Assembly: GCA_963675755.2 (NCBI GenBank)
Contig: CAXXMD010000003.1
Span: 2,432,001-2,496,000 of the forward strand
Origin: a bacterium
GTDB lineage: Bacteria; Zhuqueibacterota; Zhuqueibacteria; Residuimicrobiales; Krinioviventaceae
Reading direction: 5' to 3'
Length of the DNA: 64,000 nucleotides
Shown: in pieces, positions 39,208 to 49,235 of the stretch
Position numbering within the stretch: the first letter of the stretch is position 1
Layout: each line of letters begins with the position of its first letter
Notes under the pieces: generated by a model
The model's database searches: none
Told to the model about the DNA's origin: nothing
What the model saw: the letters and a program-made list of their open reading frames with translations, nothing else
Made by a program: the position numbers and the translations under genes

Positions 39208-40788
39208 ATGAAATTAAAAACGGTTCTCGTTCTATTTTTATTGGCTGTAATATCTCTGCCTTTGGGTGCAGAACCCTGGGTAGCAGATTTGGGAGACGGC
39301 ACCTATAAAAATCCGGTATTGTTTGCAGACTATTCGGACCCTGATGTGATCCGTGTGGGTGATGATTTTTATATGGTAGCATCCAGCTTTACCTGTATCC
39401 CTGGAGTACCGGTACTCCATTCAAAAGATATGGTCAACTGGACCATCATTGGGCATGTATACGACAGACTGCCGTTGGAAAAATATAATGAGCCGGTGCA
39501 TGGCGAGGGATCCTGGGCACCGTCTATACGATATCATGACGGTATGTTTTATGTCTATTTCTGTACCCCGCATGATGGTTTGTTTATGGGGCAAACCAAA
39601 GATCCTGTCGGCAAGTGGGATCTGCACCATGTAGTGGATGTGGAAATGTGGGAAGACCCCTGTCCCTTGTGGGATGATGACGGCAATGCCTACCTTGTGC
39701 GCAGTAAACTCCGTGCGGATATTTTGTATCTGCACAAAATGAGCCCGGATGGAAAACAGATCCTTGATAATGGTACCATAATTTATTACAACATGGACAA
39801 ACACCCGACCATTGAAGGCCCCAAGTTTATGAAAAAAGACGGGTATTATTACATTCTGGCTCCCGCAGGTGGTGTAGGTCAGGGATGGCAAACCGCTTTG
39901 AGATCAAAGAATATTTATGGTCCTTACGAAGATCAGATCGTTTTACATACCGGCAGTACGGATATTAACGGTCCGCACCAGGGTGGACTGGTAGAGTTGG
40001 AATCCGGTGAGTGGTGGTTCATGCATTTTCAGGAACGTCAGCCCTGGGGACGTATTGTGCATCTCCAACCCGTACATTGGGAAAACGGCTGGCCCATGAT
40101 GGGAAAAGATATTGACAATGACGGCATTGGTGAGCCGGTAGCATCCTGGAAAAAACCGGATGTTGGTAAGACCTGGCCGGTTCAAATCCCTCAAACTACT
40201 GACGAGTTTAATGAAAAAGATCTGGGACTGCAATGGCAGTGGCAGGCAAATCCTCAGGATGCGTGGTATTCTTTGACTGCGAATCCCGGAAATATGCGCC
40301 TGTACGCAACCCGTAACCTGACCCAGTTTGGGAATTTACTCTTTGTGCCCAATCTTTTATTGCAGAAATTATCGTCGCCCGCGTTTACCGCAACAACCAA
40401 ACTCGTTTTTAATCCTGATTTGCCGGATGAAAAAGCAGGCCTGGTAATGATGGGCAACGAGTGGGCCCATATTGTGATGAACAATGATAAAGACGGTATG
40501 GAAATTGCCATGTATGTGGGTAAATATGACCGTGAAAATGACGCGACTCAGAAGATTGAAACCGTTAAAGTTAAAGGCAATACCTGCTATTTGCAGTTAA
40601 AGTTTAGTGAAAATGGCGAGTGTTCATTCTATTACAGCCTGGATGGTAAGGATTTTCTACCCTTGGGCACAACCTTTGATGTTATTGAAGGGCACTGGAT
40701 TGGCGCCAAAGTGGGTATTTTTTGCAGCAGTCCCAATATGCAGCTCTCCAAAGGCTATGCCGATTTTGACTGGTTCAAAATGGATTAA
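39208..40788 (+). CDS. Glycoside hydrolase family 43 with C-terminal beta-sandwich
   Basis: YKNPVLFADYSDPD, WAPS, EDPCP, IEGPK, PHQGG. Confidence 0.92.
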   Translation: MKLKTVLVLFLLAVISLPLGAEPWVADLGDGTYKNPVLFADYSDPDVIRVGDDFYMVASSFTCIPGVPVLHSKDMVNWTIIGHVYDRLPLEKYNEPVHGEGSWAPSIRYHDGMFYVYFCTPHDGLFMGQTKDPVGKWDLHHVVDVEMWEDPCPLWDDDGNAYLVRSKLRADILYLHKMSPDGKQILDNGTIIYYNMDKHPTIEGPKFMKKDGYYYILAPAGGVGQGWQTALRSKNIYGPYEDQIVLHTGSTDINGPHQGGLVELESGEWWFMHFQERQPWGRIVHLQPVHWENGWPMMGKDIDNDGIGEPVASWKKPDVGKTWPVQIPQTTDEFNEKDLGLQWQWQANPQDAWYSLTANPGNMRLYATRNLTQFGNLLFVPNLLLQKLSSPAFTATTKLVFNPDLPDEKAGLVMMGNEWAHIVMNNDKDGMEIAMYVGKYDRENDATQKIETVKVKGNTCYLQLKFSENGECSFYYSLDGKDFLPLGTTFDVIEGHWIGAKVGIFCSSPNMQLSKGYADFDWFKMD

Positions 40789-40829
40789 TTGGCACACCAG
40801 GCACACCAAAACACACTATTATATATGTA

Positions 40830-40866
40830 TACCCCACTCAAAGGATTTAAGTTTTTGGGTGGGGTA
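40830..40866. repeat. Hairpin related in sequence to the glyQS terminator
   Basis: TACCCCACTCAAAGG-loop-TTTTTGGGTGGGGTA versus CCCACCCAAAGG...CTTTGGGTGGG. Confidence 0.5.
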
Positions 40867-40890
40867 AATTTCTCTGTTATTATCGTTATA

Positions 40891-40982
40891 CACGGAAGAT
40901 ATGAATTTTAGTATGAATAGCCCGGCACCTCTGAGGTGCCGGGCTATTTTTATTAAAGCTTGCCTACGAAAGATACGAATTA
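40891..40982. repeat. Left copy of a palindrome-containing direct repeat flanking the TA operon
   Basis: Perfect 16-bp inverted repeat AATAGCCCGGCACCTC-T-GAGGTGCCGGGCTATT, then TTTATTAAAG...CCTACGAAAGATACGAATTA. Confidence 0.75.
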
Positions 40983-41069
40983 ACACTGGTGATCATTTGA
41001 ATTGCCTAATACAATTGAGGTGCCGGGTTATTGCTTGCTAATTATGATGCATATTTATACAAAAAAGGC

Positions 41070-41098
41070 TTGATTAATATATAAAAAATATATATTAT
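41070..41098 (+). promoter_or_regulatory. brnTA promoter with overlapping inverted-repeat operator
   Basis: TTGATT-17-TATTAT containing AATATATA-N5-TATATATT. ATG lies 10 nt downstream with no SD (near-leaderless). Confidence 0.55.
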
Positions 41099-41108
41099 TA
41101 ATATAATT

Positions 41109-41378
41109 ATGGATTTCGAATACGATTATAATAAAAGTCAAAGCAATAAAGAAAAGCATGGAATAAATTTTATTGATGCTCAAAGTCTCTGGGATGATGA
41201 TTATCGTGTAGAAATTCCAATTAAATATGTGGATGAACCAAGGTATCTCTTGATTGCACGATTGGAAAGCAAATATTGGTCTGCAATATTTACATATCGA
41301 TACCAAAAGATTAGAATTATATCAGTAAGAAGGTCACGAAAAAATGAAAAAGATATCTATAACAGCGCAAGAATTTGA
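41109..41378 (+). CDS. brnT: BrnT family toxin
   Basis: MDFEYD..KSQSNKEKHGINF, EPRY, IRIISVRRS..E. Confidence 0.92.
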   Translation: MDFEYDYNKSQSNKEKHGINFIDAQSLWDDDYRVEIPIKYVDEPRYLLIARLESKYWSAIFTYRYQKIRIISVRRSRKNEKDIYNSARI

Positions 41379-41595
41379 TGAGAAATTTGATACCGGTCAG
41401 GATATTACTGATCATCTGGATCTTGATAATATCAACCGACCCGGTTTAGAGCAAAAACGTGTGAATGTGGATTTCCCTGTTTGGATGGTCCAGTCTTTGG
41501 ATAAAGAAGCAAGGCGTTTAGGCGTAACCCGACAGTCTATCATTAAAATTTGGATTGCTGAAAAGTTGAAAGAAACACAATCTGAAATGGTTTAA
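41344..41595 (+). CDS. brnA: BrnA/CopG-type ribbon-helix-helix antitoxin
   Basis: EFDEKFDTG.DI, KRVNVDFP.W...LDKEA.RLGVTRQSIIK.WI; overlaps the toxin gene. Confidence 0.88.
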   Translation: MKKISITAQEFDEKFDTGQDITDHLDLDNINRPGLEQKRVNVDFPVWMVQSLDKEARRLGVTRQSIIKIWIAEKLKETQSEMV

Positions 41596-41679
41596 ATTTA
41601 GATTTGTTTGGATACAACGAGCATGTCCGAATCCCCAACTCTGTGCACCCTGTGCCTCTGCGTTTTATGATTTTTTACC

Positions 41680-41780
41680 CACGGATGAAACGAACTCATT
41701 CTAATGAAAATATGAGTTTCCCCGCACCTCCGAGGTGCCGGGAAATTTTTATAAAGTTAACCCACGAATGACACGGATTA
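41680..41780. repeat. Right copy of the direct repeat flanking the TA operon
   Basis: CCCCGCACCTC-C-GAGGTGCCGGG-AAATTTTTATAAAG...CCCACGAATGACACGGATTA. Confidence 0.75.
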
Positions 41781-41819
41781 TTTTATGAATAGATGCAGCT
41801 TTATAATTAAATTAATATA

Positions 41820-42013
41820 GCATACCTGACGGCATGCGAATTCTCGTTGTTTGTGTTCCTACATATATATTGTCCCTTACGGGACATTTGGATTGTATGT
41901 TATTTGATTGATTTTGGTTTTGTTAGGATCGATTGGTAATACAAAGGCCCCGTCAGGGGCCGGATATTTGTAGCTTTATTGAATTCAATCATTTTGCGTG
42001 CCGTCAGGTACGC
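41820..42013. mobile_element. REPIN/MITE-like non-autonomous element with nested inverted repeats
   Basis: Outer IR GCATACCTGACGGCATGC / GCGTGCCGTCAGGTACGC (16/18). Inner IR CTAC...GTCCCTTACGGGAC / GGCCCCGTCAGGGGCC...GTAG. Confidence 0.65.
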
Positions 42014-42060
42014 GATAAAAATGAAATCTTTGCTATAAAAGTAGCTGGTATTGGATACCT

Positions 42061-43113
42061 TTATCTCGTAAACTGTCGATAAAAGAAATCCATTATATCT
42101 TTTTCAAGCGCATCGTTTAAAAACACTTCAAACGCCAGCCAGTAATGACCGTTTTGAATTTGTCCGCCAACATCACCGGTACCGCCGTCTTTCATGAGCC
42201 AGTCAAATAGATACGAAGAAAAAGAGCTGGGCAGCACACGCAAATTAATGTTTGCGAGTTTTGCCCATTTGCGGAATTCATGCTCTGGTACGGATTTATC
42301 ATTAACCGCAAGTATTGCACGGATACGTTCCGGATTTTTTATTTGAGAGGCAGTATTTAGCGGTTTGAGAGGCAATGTGCGCCAATGGCTGAAATAGGCG
42401 CTGGTATCTACATCAAACTCTTTGAAAGCGTCCTGCCACGAGATTTCAACTGAGGATTTCAATACATCCAGAATGTCTCCACCGGTTACAATGTAAATTG
42501 GAATATCATCCGGTATAAAGGGAAGGGCCGCACTAATCAGTATAGCGCCATTGCTATAGCCTGCAAGTGCTATACGCTTATGCCTGAACATGGGGAAATG
42601 TACGACTTGTTGCACAAAGGTGATAAAATGCTCCAATACAAGTTCTGCATTTTGTTGGTCCTGCGCAATATAACGGATCAATGATCTGCCTGAATCGGAG
42701 GACGATTCTACCCAGGGCTCGGGAGGTCTGAACCAGATGGCGGTGTTGAATCCTGCTTTCAGGAACTTGTTTACCATCATTCGGGATACCGGCGCGCTTT
42801 TTTGCAGAATAGGTAATTGGATGATCAGAAGATCATTTCCCTCATCGTGATAGAGCATGGAACTAACATCAAAGTCCCGACTTTCGCTGAATGAATTCTC
42901 TTTTTGCAGGGTAGGAATGGTATGGATTGATCGAAGTTGTATTTCGTACTCGCCCTTTTTTATTTCATGGATTTTATACTGGGTATATTCCCGGGTGTCA
43001 CGCCAGGGTTCATCCCAATCAATTCGCATATATTGATAATCCGTTACCAGACTAAATAACTGGGTAATAGGTATGATGAGTAGAATAAATATATGTGTTG
43101 TGAGTCTTTTCAT
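42061..43113 (-). CDS. Exported alpha/beta-fold hydrolase
   Basis: Signal peptide; ALAGYSNGA (GxSxG), NDKSVP and NGHY triad candidates. Confidence 0.6.
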   Translation of the reverse strand: MKRLTTHIFILLIIPITQLFSLVTDYQYMRIDWDEPWRDTREYTQYKIHEIKKGEYEIQLRSIHTIPTLQKENSFSESRDFDVSSMLYHDEGNDLLIIQLPILQKSAPVSRMMVNKFLKAGFNTAIWFRPPEPWVESSSDSGRSLIRYIAQDQQNAELVLEHFITFVQQVVHFPMFRHKRIALAGYSNGAILISAALPFIPDDIPIYIVTGGDILDVLKSSVEISWQDAFKEFDVDTSAYFSHWRTLPLKPLNTASQIKNPERIRAILAVNDKSVPEHEFRKWAKLANINLRVLPSSFSSYLFDWLMKDGGTGDVGGQIQNGHYWLAFEVFLNDALEKDIMDFFYRQFTR

Positions 43114-43384
43114 ATGTGATTTTGAGTTAATCCTTTTGTGAAAATAGTATAATTTTTTCTAAAAGTCAATTGGCATAAAGTTAGATTTTTTGATATTGAT
43201 ATGATTTTCAAATGAATAAAGTCGTATTGATGTGTATTGTTACTGTTTTCTAGATTTATATGTAGAAAACGGGGATTATTGTTTTTTATTCAAACATGAT
43301 TACATTTTTGGAATTTTTTTTGTTGTATTTTGTTATGTTTTTTATTATAATCTTAGATATTATCAATCCAACAGAATTGGGATT

Positions 43385-43549
43385 ATGAAAAAGAATAAGT
43401 CGGACAATTTCGGATTTAACCAGGCTGCAAAGAAAAAAGATGCAGTTTGTGCCGTACTTTATTCAAACCTCTTCTTGTACCTCTCAAACACGATTTCTCT
43501 AGTGCTATCGATTTTGATTATTATTGTGCTACTACCTGTGGTAATTTAA
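43385..43549 (+). promoter_or_regulatory. Putative Ile/Leu/Val attenuation leader peptide (start uncertain)
   Basis: 15 of the last 18 codons are I/L/V, including 4 CTA; lies directly upstream of ilvD; alternative pairings downstream. Confidence 0.6.
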
Positions 43550-43653
43550 AAATTTCTGACCTCTTACATTTTCATGTTTCATAATAACTTGAGGTCAGTG
43601 CCTTAGGTCAGGGTTTGGTACAAGTTGAACATTTATTTTAGAAAGGAAAAAAA

Positions 43654-45324
43654 ATGAGATCAGATACCGTTAAAAAAGGATATGAACGGGCACCACATCG
43701 CAGTTTACTGAAAGCAACAGGCGTTAAAGATGAAGATTTTAATAAACCTTTTATTGGTATCTGTAATTCATATATAGATTTAATTCCGGGGCACGTACAT
43801 TTACAGGAATTTGGCCGCAAAGTCAAAGAAGCTGTGCGAGCTGCGGGCGGTGTACCTTTTGAATTTAATACCATTGGTGTAGATGATGGTATTGCCATGG
43901 GACACAAGGGAATGAATTACAGTCTGCCGTCCAGAGAGATTATTGCAGATAGTGTTGAAACTGTTGCTACCGCGCATTGTCTGGATGCTTTGGTATGTAT
44001 CCCCAATTGCGATAAAATTGTTCCCGGAATGTTGATGGGTGCTTCACGCATCAACATCCCCACTATATTCATATCAGGTGGTCCCATGAAAAAAGGAATC
44101 AACTCTAAAGGTGAACCTGTGGATTTGATTTCGGTATTTGAGGGTGTAGGGCAATACTCGTCCGGGCAAATTGGTGATGCTGAACTCAAAGACCTTGAAG
44201 ACAATGGGTGTCCCACTTGCGGAAGCTGTTCAGGTATGTTTACCGCTAACAGTATGAACTGTTTGTGTGAAGCCCTGGGAATGGCGCTGCCCGGTAATGG
44301 AACTGTGCTTGCTGTGGATCCTAAACGCGATGAATTGATTGCCAGTATTGGTGAGCGCATTATGGATTTGATCGCCAAAGATGTTAAACCCCGTGACATT
44401 TTAAATAAAGATACATTTATGAACGCCTTTGCCCTGGATCTTGCAATGGGTGGTTCAACCAATACCATTCTTCATACTTTTGCAATTGCTCACGAAGCGG
44501 GAATTGAATTGAGTCTTGAAGAATTGAGTGATTTATCTAAAAAAGTGCCGTATTTGTGTAAAGTATCTCCGGCCACTAAAAATGTACATATTGAAGATGT
44601 TGACAATGCAGGCGGAATATCTGCCATATTAAAAGAGTTGTCAACTATTCCGGGTCTGCTCAAACTTGACAGACCTACAGTATCCGGTGTTTCTCTGGGT
44701 GAAAATATCAAAGATGCGGATATACAAAACACGGATGTGATTCGTAAAAAAGAAAATGCTTACGCACAGACCGGTGGTTTGGCCGTGCTGTTTGGTAACC
44801 TTGCACCGGAAGGCAGTGTAGTGAAAACAGGTGCTGTTGCACCCGAAATGTGGGACCATACCGGTCCGGCAAGAATTTTTGAATGTGAAGAAGATGCCTT
44901 TAAAGCGGTCAATGACGGCAAAATCAATCCTGGAGATGTCATTGTGATTCGTTTTGAAGGTCCGAAAGGAGGTCCGGGTATGCGCGAGATGCTCGCAGCC
45001 ACATCCGCAGTGATGGGTCGCGGTCTTGGCAGCTCGGTTGCTCTAATCACCGATGGGCGATTTTCAGGAGGTACCCGTGGCGCGTGTATTGGACATGTTA
45101 GTCCGGAAGCAGCAGCGCACGGCCCTATTGCCGCACTTGAAGAAGGCGATATGATCCATATTGATTTGAATAAAGGGCTTTTAGAAGTTGACATGAGTAA
45201 TGAAGAGATGCAAAAACGTATTTCTGTTTTACCCAAGTTTGAGCCCAGAATCAAGACAGGTTGGTTAGCAAGATATACACATTTTGTAAAATCAGCCAAT
45301 ACAGGTGCGGTGATGGAATATTAA
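43654..45324 (+). CDS. ilvD: Dihydroxy-acid dehydratase
   Basis: [41 protein letters not shown]. Confidence 0.97.
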   Translation: MRSDTVKKGYERAPHRSLLKATGVKDEDFNKPFIGICNSYIDLIPGHVHLQEFGRKVKEAVRAAGGVPFEFNTIGVDDGIAMGHKGMNYSLPSREIIADSVETVATAHCLDALVCIPNCDKIVPGMLMGASRINIPTIFISGGPMKKGINSKGEPVDLISVFEGVGQYSSGQIGDAELKDLEDNGCPTCGSCSGMFTANSMNCLCEALGMALPGNGTVLAVDPKRDELIASIGERIMDLIAKDVKPRDILNKDTFMNAFALDLAMGGSTNTILHTFAIAHEAGIELSLEELSDLSKKVPYLCKVSPATKNVHIEDVDNAGGISAILKELSTIPGLLKLDRPTVSGVSLGENIKDADIQNTDVIRKKENAYAQTGGLAVLFGNLAPEGSVVKTGAVAPEMWDHTGPARIFECEEDAFKAVNDGKINPGDVIVIRFEGPKGGPGMREMLAATSAVMGRGLGSSVALITDGRFSGGTRGACIGHVSPEAAAHGPIAALEEGDMIHIDLNKGLLEVDMSNEEMQKRISVLPKFEPRIKTGWLARYTHFVKSANTGAVMEY

Positions 45325-45363
45325 TTTGATTGATATGATATTAACCAACAGATAGGTAATTTT

Positions 45364-47091
45364 ATGGAAGCTGCAGCAATGAAGAAAAAAATGAGCGGCG
45401 CAGATATATTTTTTGAGAGCTTGAGACGAGAAGGTGTTGACACCATTTTTGGGTATCCTGGTGGTGCTGTATTGCACATTTATGACCGATTGTACGATGT
45501 GGATTTTTTGCATCATGTACTAGTCCGTCATGAGCAGGGTGCAACCCACATGGCAGAAGGTTATGCAAAAGCAACCGGAAAGCCGGGCGTGGTTTTGGTT
45601 ACATCCGGTCCCGGGGCAACCAATACTGTCACCGGTATTGCTGATGCATATATGGATTCAATTCCTATGGTCGTCATTGCTGGGCAGGTATCCAGTCATC
45701 TGATTGGGAATGATGCGTTTCAGGAAGCAGATACAACCGGTATAACCCGATCCATTACAAAGTGGAGTTATCTGGTGACACGCATTGAAGATTTGGCGCC
45801 AACCATTCGTAAAGCGTTTCACATTGCAACTACAGGACGCCCTGGTCCGGTTGTGATTGATCTTTGTAAAGATGTTGTAATGAGCACCGGTATTTTTAAT
45901 TATCCTGAAGAGCTGGAACTGCGGGGATATAAACCCCAGGTAAACGGACACCCGGTAATGATTAAAAATGCGGTTGATGCAATTAAAAAAGCCAAAAAGC
46001 CTCTGATCTATGCCGGTGGTGGTGTTATACTGTCTAATGGTGGAAAACAATTAACCGAATTTGCTCAAAAAACAGGTATACCCGTAACCTTGACCCTTCA
46101 CGGACTGGGTGGATATCCCGGAACGGATGATCAATTTCTGGGTATGCTGGGTATGCACGGAACTTTTACTGCAAATCAGGCAGTGAATGAATGTGATTGT
46201 TTGATAGCTATTGGAGCACGGTTTGATGATCGTGTAACCGGCAGAGTTGATAAATTTGCAACCAAAGCAACAAAGATCCATATTGATATAGATCCGTCAT
46301 CCATTAATAAAAACGTTCAGGTTGATTTTCCGGTTGTTGGGCAGGTATCCAATATTCTGGCTGAAATGATTCATCATTTCGAAGGTAAGATGGAACTGGA
46401 TGATTGGTGGAAACAGATCAATGACTGGCGCGAACAGTGCCCGTTAGTGGTGCCTGAAGATGATGGCAAATTGCGTCCCCAGAATATTCTGAAAAAACTG
46501 TCGGATAGAACCAAAGGTGATGCAATTGTTGTGTCGGATGTAGGCCAGAACCAAATGTGGGCGGCCCAGCACTTTTTGTACAATCATCCCCGTACCCATA
46601 TAACATCAGGTGGTTTGGGCACAATGGGATTTTCCGTACCGGCATCCATTGGCGCGGCTTTTGGAGTTAAAGATAAACCGGTTATCTCTATTTCAGGAGA
46701 TGGCGGATTTCAAATGAATATTCAGGAACTGATTACGGCAGCTTATTATAAATTGCCGGTAAAATTTATTATTTTTAATAACAGCTATCTGGGTATGGTT
46801 CGGCAGTGGCAGGAATTGTTTCATGATTCACGTTTTTCTTTTACAGACCTGTCACACAGTAACCCGGATTTTATTAAAATTGCCGAAGGTATGGGCTGCA
46901 AGGCTCGTAAAGTTACGGAAATGTCAGAGGTGGATGAAGCAATTGATTGGGCTTTTTCTATTAATGATGGTCCAACCGTTATCGAATTTACCACTGTTAA
47001 AGAAGAAATGGTATTTCCAATGGTACCCTCGGGTGCAGCTGTTAGCGAAATGATTTTAAAACGTTTAAATCCTGATGAATTTGACGTATAA
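45364..47091 (+). CDS. ilvB: Acetolactate synthase large subunit
   Basis: FGYPGG, RHEQGA, TSGPGATN, SGGLGTMGF, GDGGFQMN, GMVRQWQ. Confidence 0.96.
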   Translation: MEAAAMKKKMSGADIFFESLRREGVDTIFGYPGGAVLHIYDRLYDVDFLHHVLVRHEQGATHMAEGYAKATGKPGVVLVTSGPGATNTVTGIADAYMDSIPMVVIAGQVSSHLIGNDAFQEADTTGITRSITKWSYLVTRIEDLAPTIRKAFHIATTGRPGPVVIDLCKDVVMSTGIFNYPEELELRGYKPQVNGHPVMIKNAVDAIKKAKKPLIYAGGGVILSNGGKQLTEFAQKTGIPVTLTLHGLGGYPGTDDQFLGMLGMHGTFTANQAVNECDCLIAIGARFDDRVTGRVDKFATKATKIHIDIDPSSINKNVQVDFPVVGQVSNILAEMIHHFEGKMELDDWWKQINDWREQCPLVVPEDDGKLRPQNILKKLSDRTKGDAIVVSDVGQNQMWAAQHFLYNHPRTHITSGGLGTMGFSVPASIGAAFGVKDKPVISISGDGGFQMNIQELITAAYYKLPVKFIIFNNSYLGMVRQWQELFHDSRFSFTDLSHSNPDFIKIAEGMGCKARKVTEMSEVDEAIDWAFSINDGPTVIEFTTVKEEMVFPMVPSGAAVSEMILKRLNPDEFDV

Positions 47092-47130
47092 AAAAATGAA
47101 AGCAATGAACATAGATTGAGGAATTAAACC

Positions 47131-48537
47131 ATGTCGACCCCCAAAACCTTGTTTGAAAAAGTATGGCAAAACCATGTAGTTTTTACAGAACCGGATTCTC
47201 CATCCATTTTGTACATCGATCTGCACCTGGTTCACGAAGTAACATCACCCCAGGCATTTCAGGGACTTCGTGACAAGGGCTTAAAAGTGCGCAGACCGTC
47301 ACAAACTGTGGGTACTATGGACCACTCTATTCCCACAACAGATCCATCAATTCCAATTCAGGACAAGCTTGCAGCAGCACAAATTGATAAAATGGTGCAA
47401 AACTGTAAAGAATTTGGTGTACCCCTGCACGATATGAAAAGCAGTACTCGCGGTATTGTGCATGTAATTGGACCCGAGCTTGGACTAACACAACCGGGTA
47501 TGACTATTGTCTGTGGTGACAGCCACACCGCTACCCATGGTGCTTTTGGCGCGTTGGCATTTGGTATAGGAACAAGTGAAGTTGAACACGTGCTTGCAAC
47601 CCAAACGTTGCTTCAAAATAAACCCAAAACCATGAAAGTACAGGTAGATGGTGAATTGCAGCCGGGTGTAACTTCAAAAGATATCATTCTTGCATTGATT
47701 GCAAAAATTGGAACCGGTGGCGGAACCGGATATGTACTGGAATATGCCGGTAGTGCAATCCGCTCACTGAGCATGGAAGCCCGCATGACCATTTGTAACA
47801 TGAGTATTGAAGGTGGTGCGCGCGCGGGTATGATTGCTCCCGATGAAACCACATTTGAGTATATTAAAGGTCGCAAATATGCGCCACAAGGTCCGGCATG
47901 GGATGCCGCAGTTGAATACTGGAAAAGCTTGCCATCCGATGAAGGTGCTGAATATGACAAGGTTGTAACTTTGGATGCATCTGCACTAAAGCCCATGATC
48001 ACTTTTGGAACAACACCGGGCATGGGCATCATGATTGATGAAAATGTACCTGATCCGGCTACTATTTCTGATACCAATAAAAAACACGCACTTGAAAAAG
48101 CTTTGACCTATATGGGGCTAACTCCCGGTCAGGCCATTCAGGACCAGAAAGTGGATGTTGTTTTTATTGGTAGTTGTACAAACGGACGTATCAGTGATCT
48201 TCGGCAGGCAGCTGAAATTTTTAAGGGACGTAAAGTTGCAGAAGGTACCCGTGTTATGGTTGTTCCCGGATCGCAGCAAGTAAAGAATCAAGCCGAAGCA
48301 GAAGGCCTTGATAAAATTTTCAAAGATGCCGGTGCGGAATGGCGTGAATCCGGATGCAGTATGTGTATTGCCATGAATGGTGATCAGCTTGTACCCGGTC
48401 AATATGCTGTAAGTACCAGTAACCGAAATTTTGAAGGTCGTCAGGGTAAAGGTGGACGCACATTCCTTGCAAGTCCCCTGACCGCTGCAGCAGCAGCAAT
48501 AACCGGTAAAGTGACCGATGGACGTACATTAAGTTAA
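47131..48537 (+). CDS. leuC: 3-isopropylmalate dehydratase large subunit
   Basis: [39 protein letters not shown]. Confidence 0.97.
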   Translation: MSTPKTLFEKVWQNHVVFTEPDSPSILYIDLHLVHEVTSPQAFQGLRDKGLKVRRPSQTVGTMDHSIPTTDPSIPIQDKLAAAQIDKMVQNCKEFGVPLHDMKSSTRGIVHVIGPELGLTQPGMTIVCGDSHTATHGAFGALAFGIGTSEVEHVLATQTLLQNKPKTMKVQVDGELQPGVTSKDIILALIAKIGTGGGTGYVLEYAGSAIRSLSMEARMTICNMSIEGGARAGMIAPDETTFEYIKGRKYAPQGPAWDAAVEYWKSLPSDEGAEYDKVVTLDASALKPMITFGTTPGMGIMIDENVPDPATISDTNKKHALEKALTYMGLTPGQAIQDQKVDVVFIGSCTNGRISDLRQAAEIFKGRKVAEGTRVMVVPGSQQVKNQAEAEGLDKIFKDAGAEWRESGCSMCIAMNGDQLVPGQYAVSTSNRNFEGRQGKGGRTFLASPLTAAAAAITGKVTDGRTLS

Positions 48538-48591
48538 TTGGATTCGAATACTAGCCGGAATTTCCGGTTTGACATAAAACACGAGGTAGCT

Positions 48592-49200
48592 ATGGAAGCC
48601 TTTACAACATTGACTAGTAAATTTGTTTCAATACCAGTAAATGACATTGATACAGATCAAATTATGCCGGCCAGATTTTTAAAAGTAACTGATAAAGCCG
48701 GTTTGGGAGAAAATGTGTTTTTTGACTGGCGTTATAATGAAGATGGCAGCAAAAAATCTGATTTTGTTTTGAATCAACCCAAGGCACAGGGTGTAAAAAT
48801 ATTGATAGCAGGAGATAATTTTGGCTGTGGTTCAAGTCGTGAACATGCCCCCTGGGGATTGACAGGATTTGGTTTTAAAGCCATTATCAGTACCAGTTTT
48901 GCTGATATTTTTAAAAACAATTCTTTAAAGAATGGTCTGTTGCCGGTTGAAGTCAAAGAAAGCGTATTGCAGAAATTATTTGACCTTGCAGATGCCGGTT
49001 CTGATGCTGAATTAATCATCGATCTGGCATCACAAACTGTCACTTTGCCTGATGGCAGCAAAGTTGATTTTCCGGTTGATCCTTTTAGCAAAACGTGTCT
49101 TTTGGAAGGAATTGATCAGTTGGGGTATCTGCAAAAATTCACAGATAAAGTTGAAGCTTTTGAGATAGAAAATTCTGCAAGAGTAAATACACTCGCCTGA
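48592..49200 (+). CDS. leuD: 3-isopropylmalate dehydratase small subunit
   Basis: DIDTDQIMPARFL, NFGCGSSREHAPW, SFADIF; GAGG RBS. Confidence 0.96.
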   Translation: MEAFTTLTSKFVSIPVNDIDTDQIMPARFLKVTDKAGLGENVFFDWRYNEDGSKKSDFVLNQPKAQGVKILIAGDNFGCGSSREHAPWGLTGFGFKAIISTSFADIFKNNSLKNGLLPVEVKESVLQKLFDLADAGSDAELIIDLASQTVTLPDGSKVDFPVDPFSKTCLLEGIDQLGYLQKFTDKVEAFEIENSARVNTLA

Positions 49201-49209
49201 TAAAAATTG

Positions 49210-49235
49210 CACCCCGATTTATATTAATCGGGGTG
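49210..49235. terminator. Hairpin between convergent genes
   Basis: CACCCCGATT-TATATT-AATCGGGGTG. Confidence 0.65.

Noticed and set aside
40791-40808. GGCACACCA x2 tandem repeat as an independent element
   Set aside because: Too short to support alone; possibly a decayed member of the neighbouring CACGAA/CACGGA repeat family.
43232-43384. N-terminal extension making a 105-aa protein upstream of ilvD
   Set aside because: Low-complexity T-rich promoter-like DNA with no RBS; only the 3' part is retained as a leader candidate.
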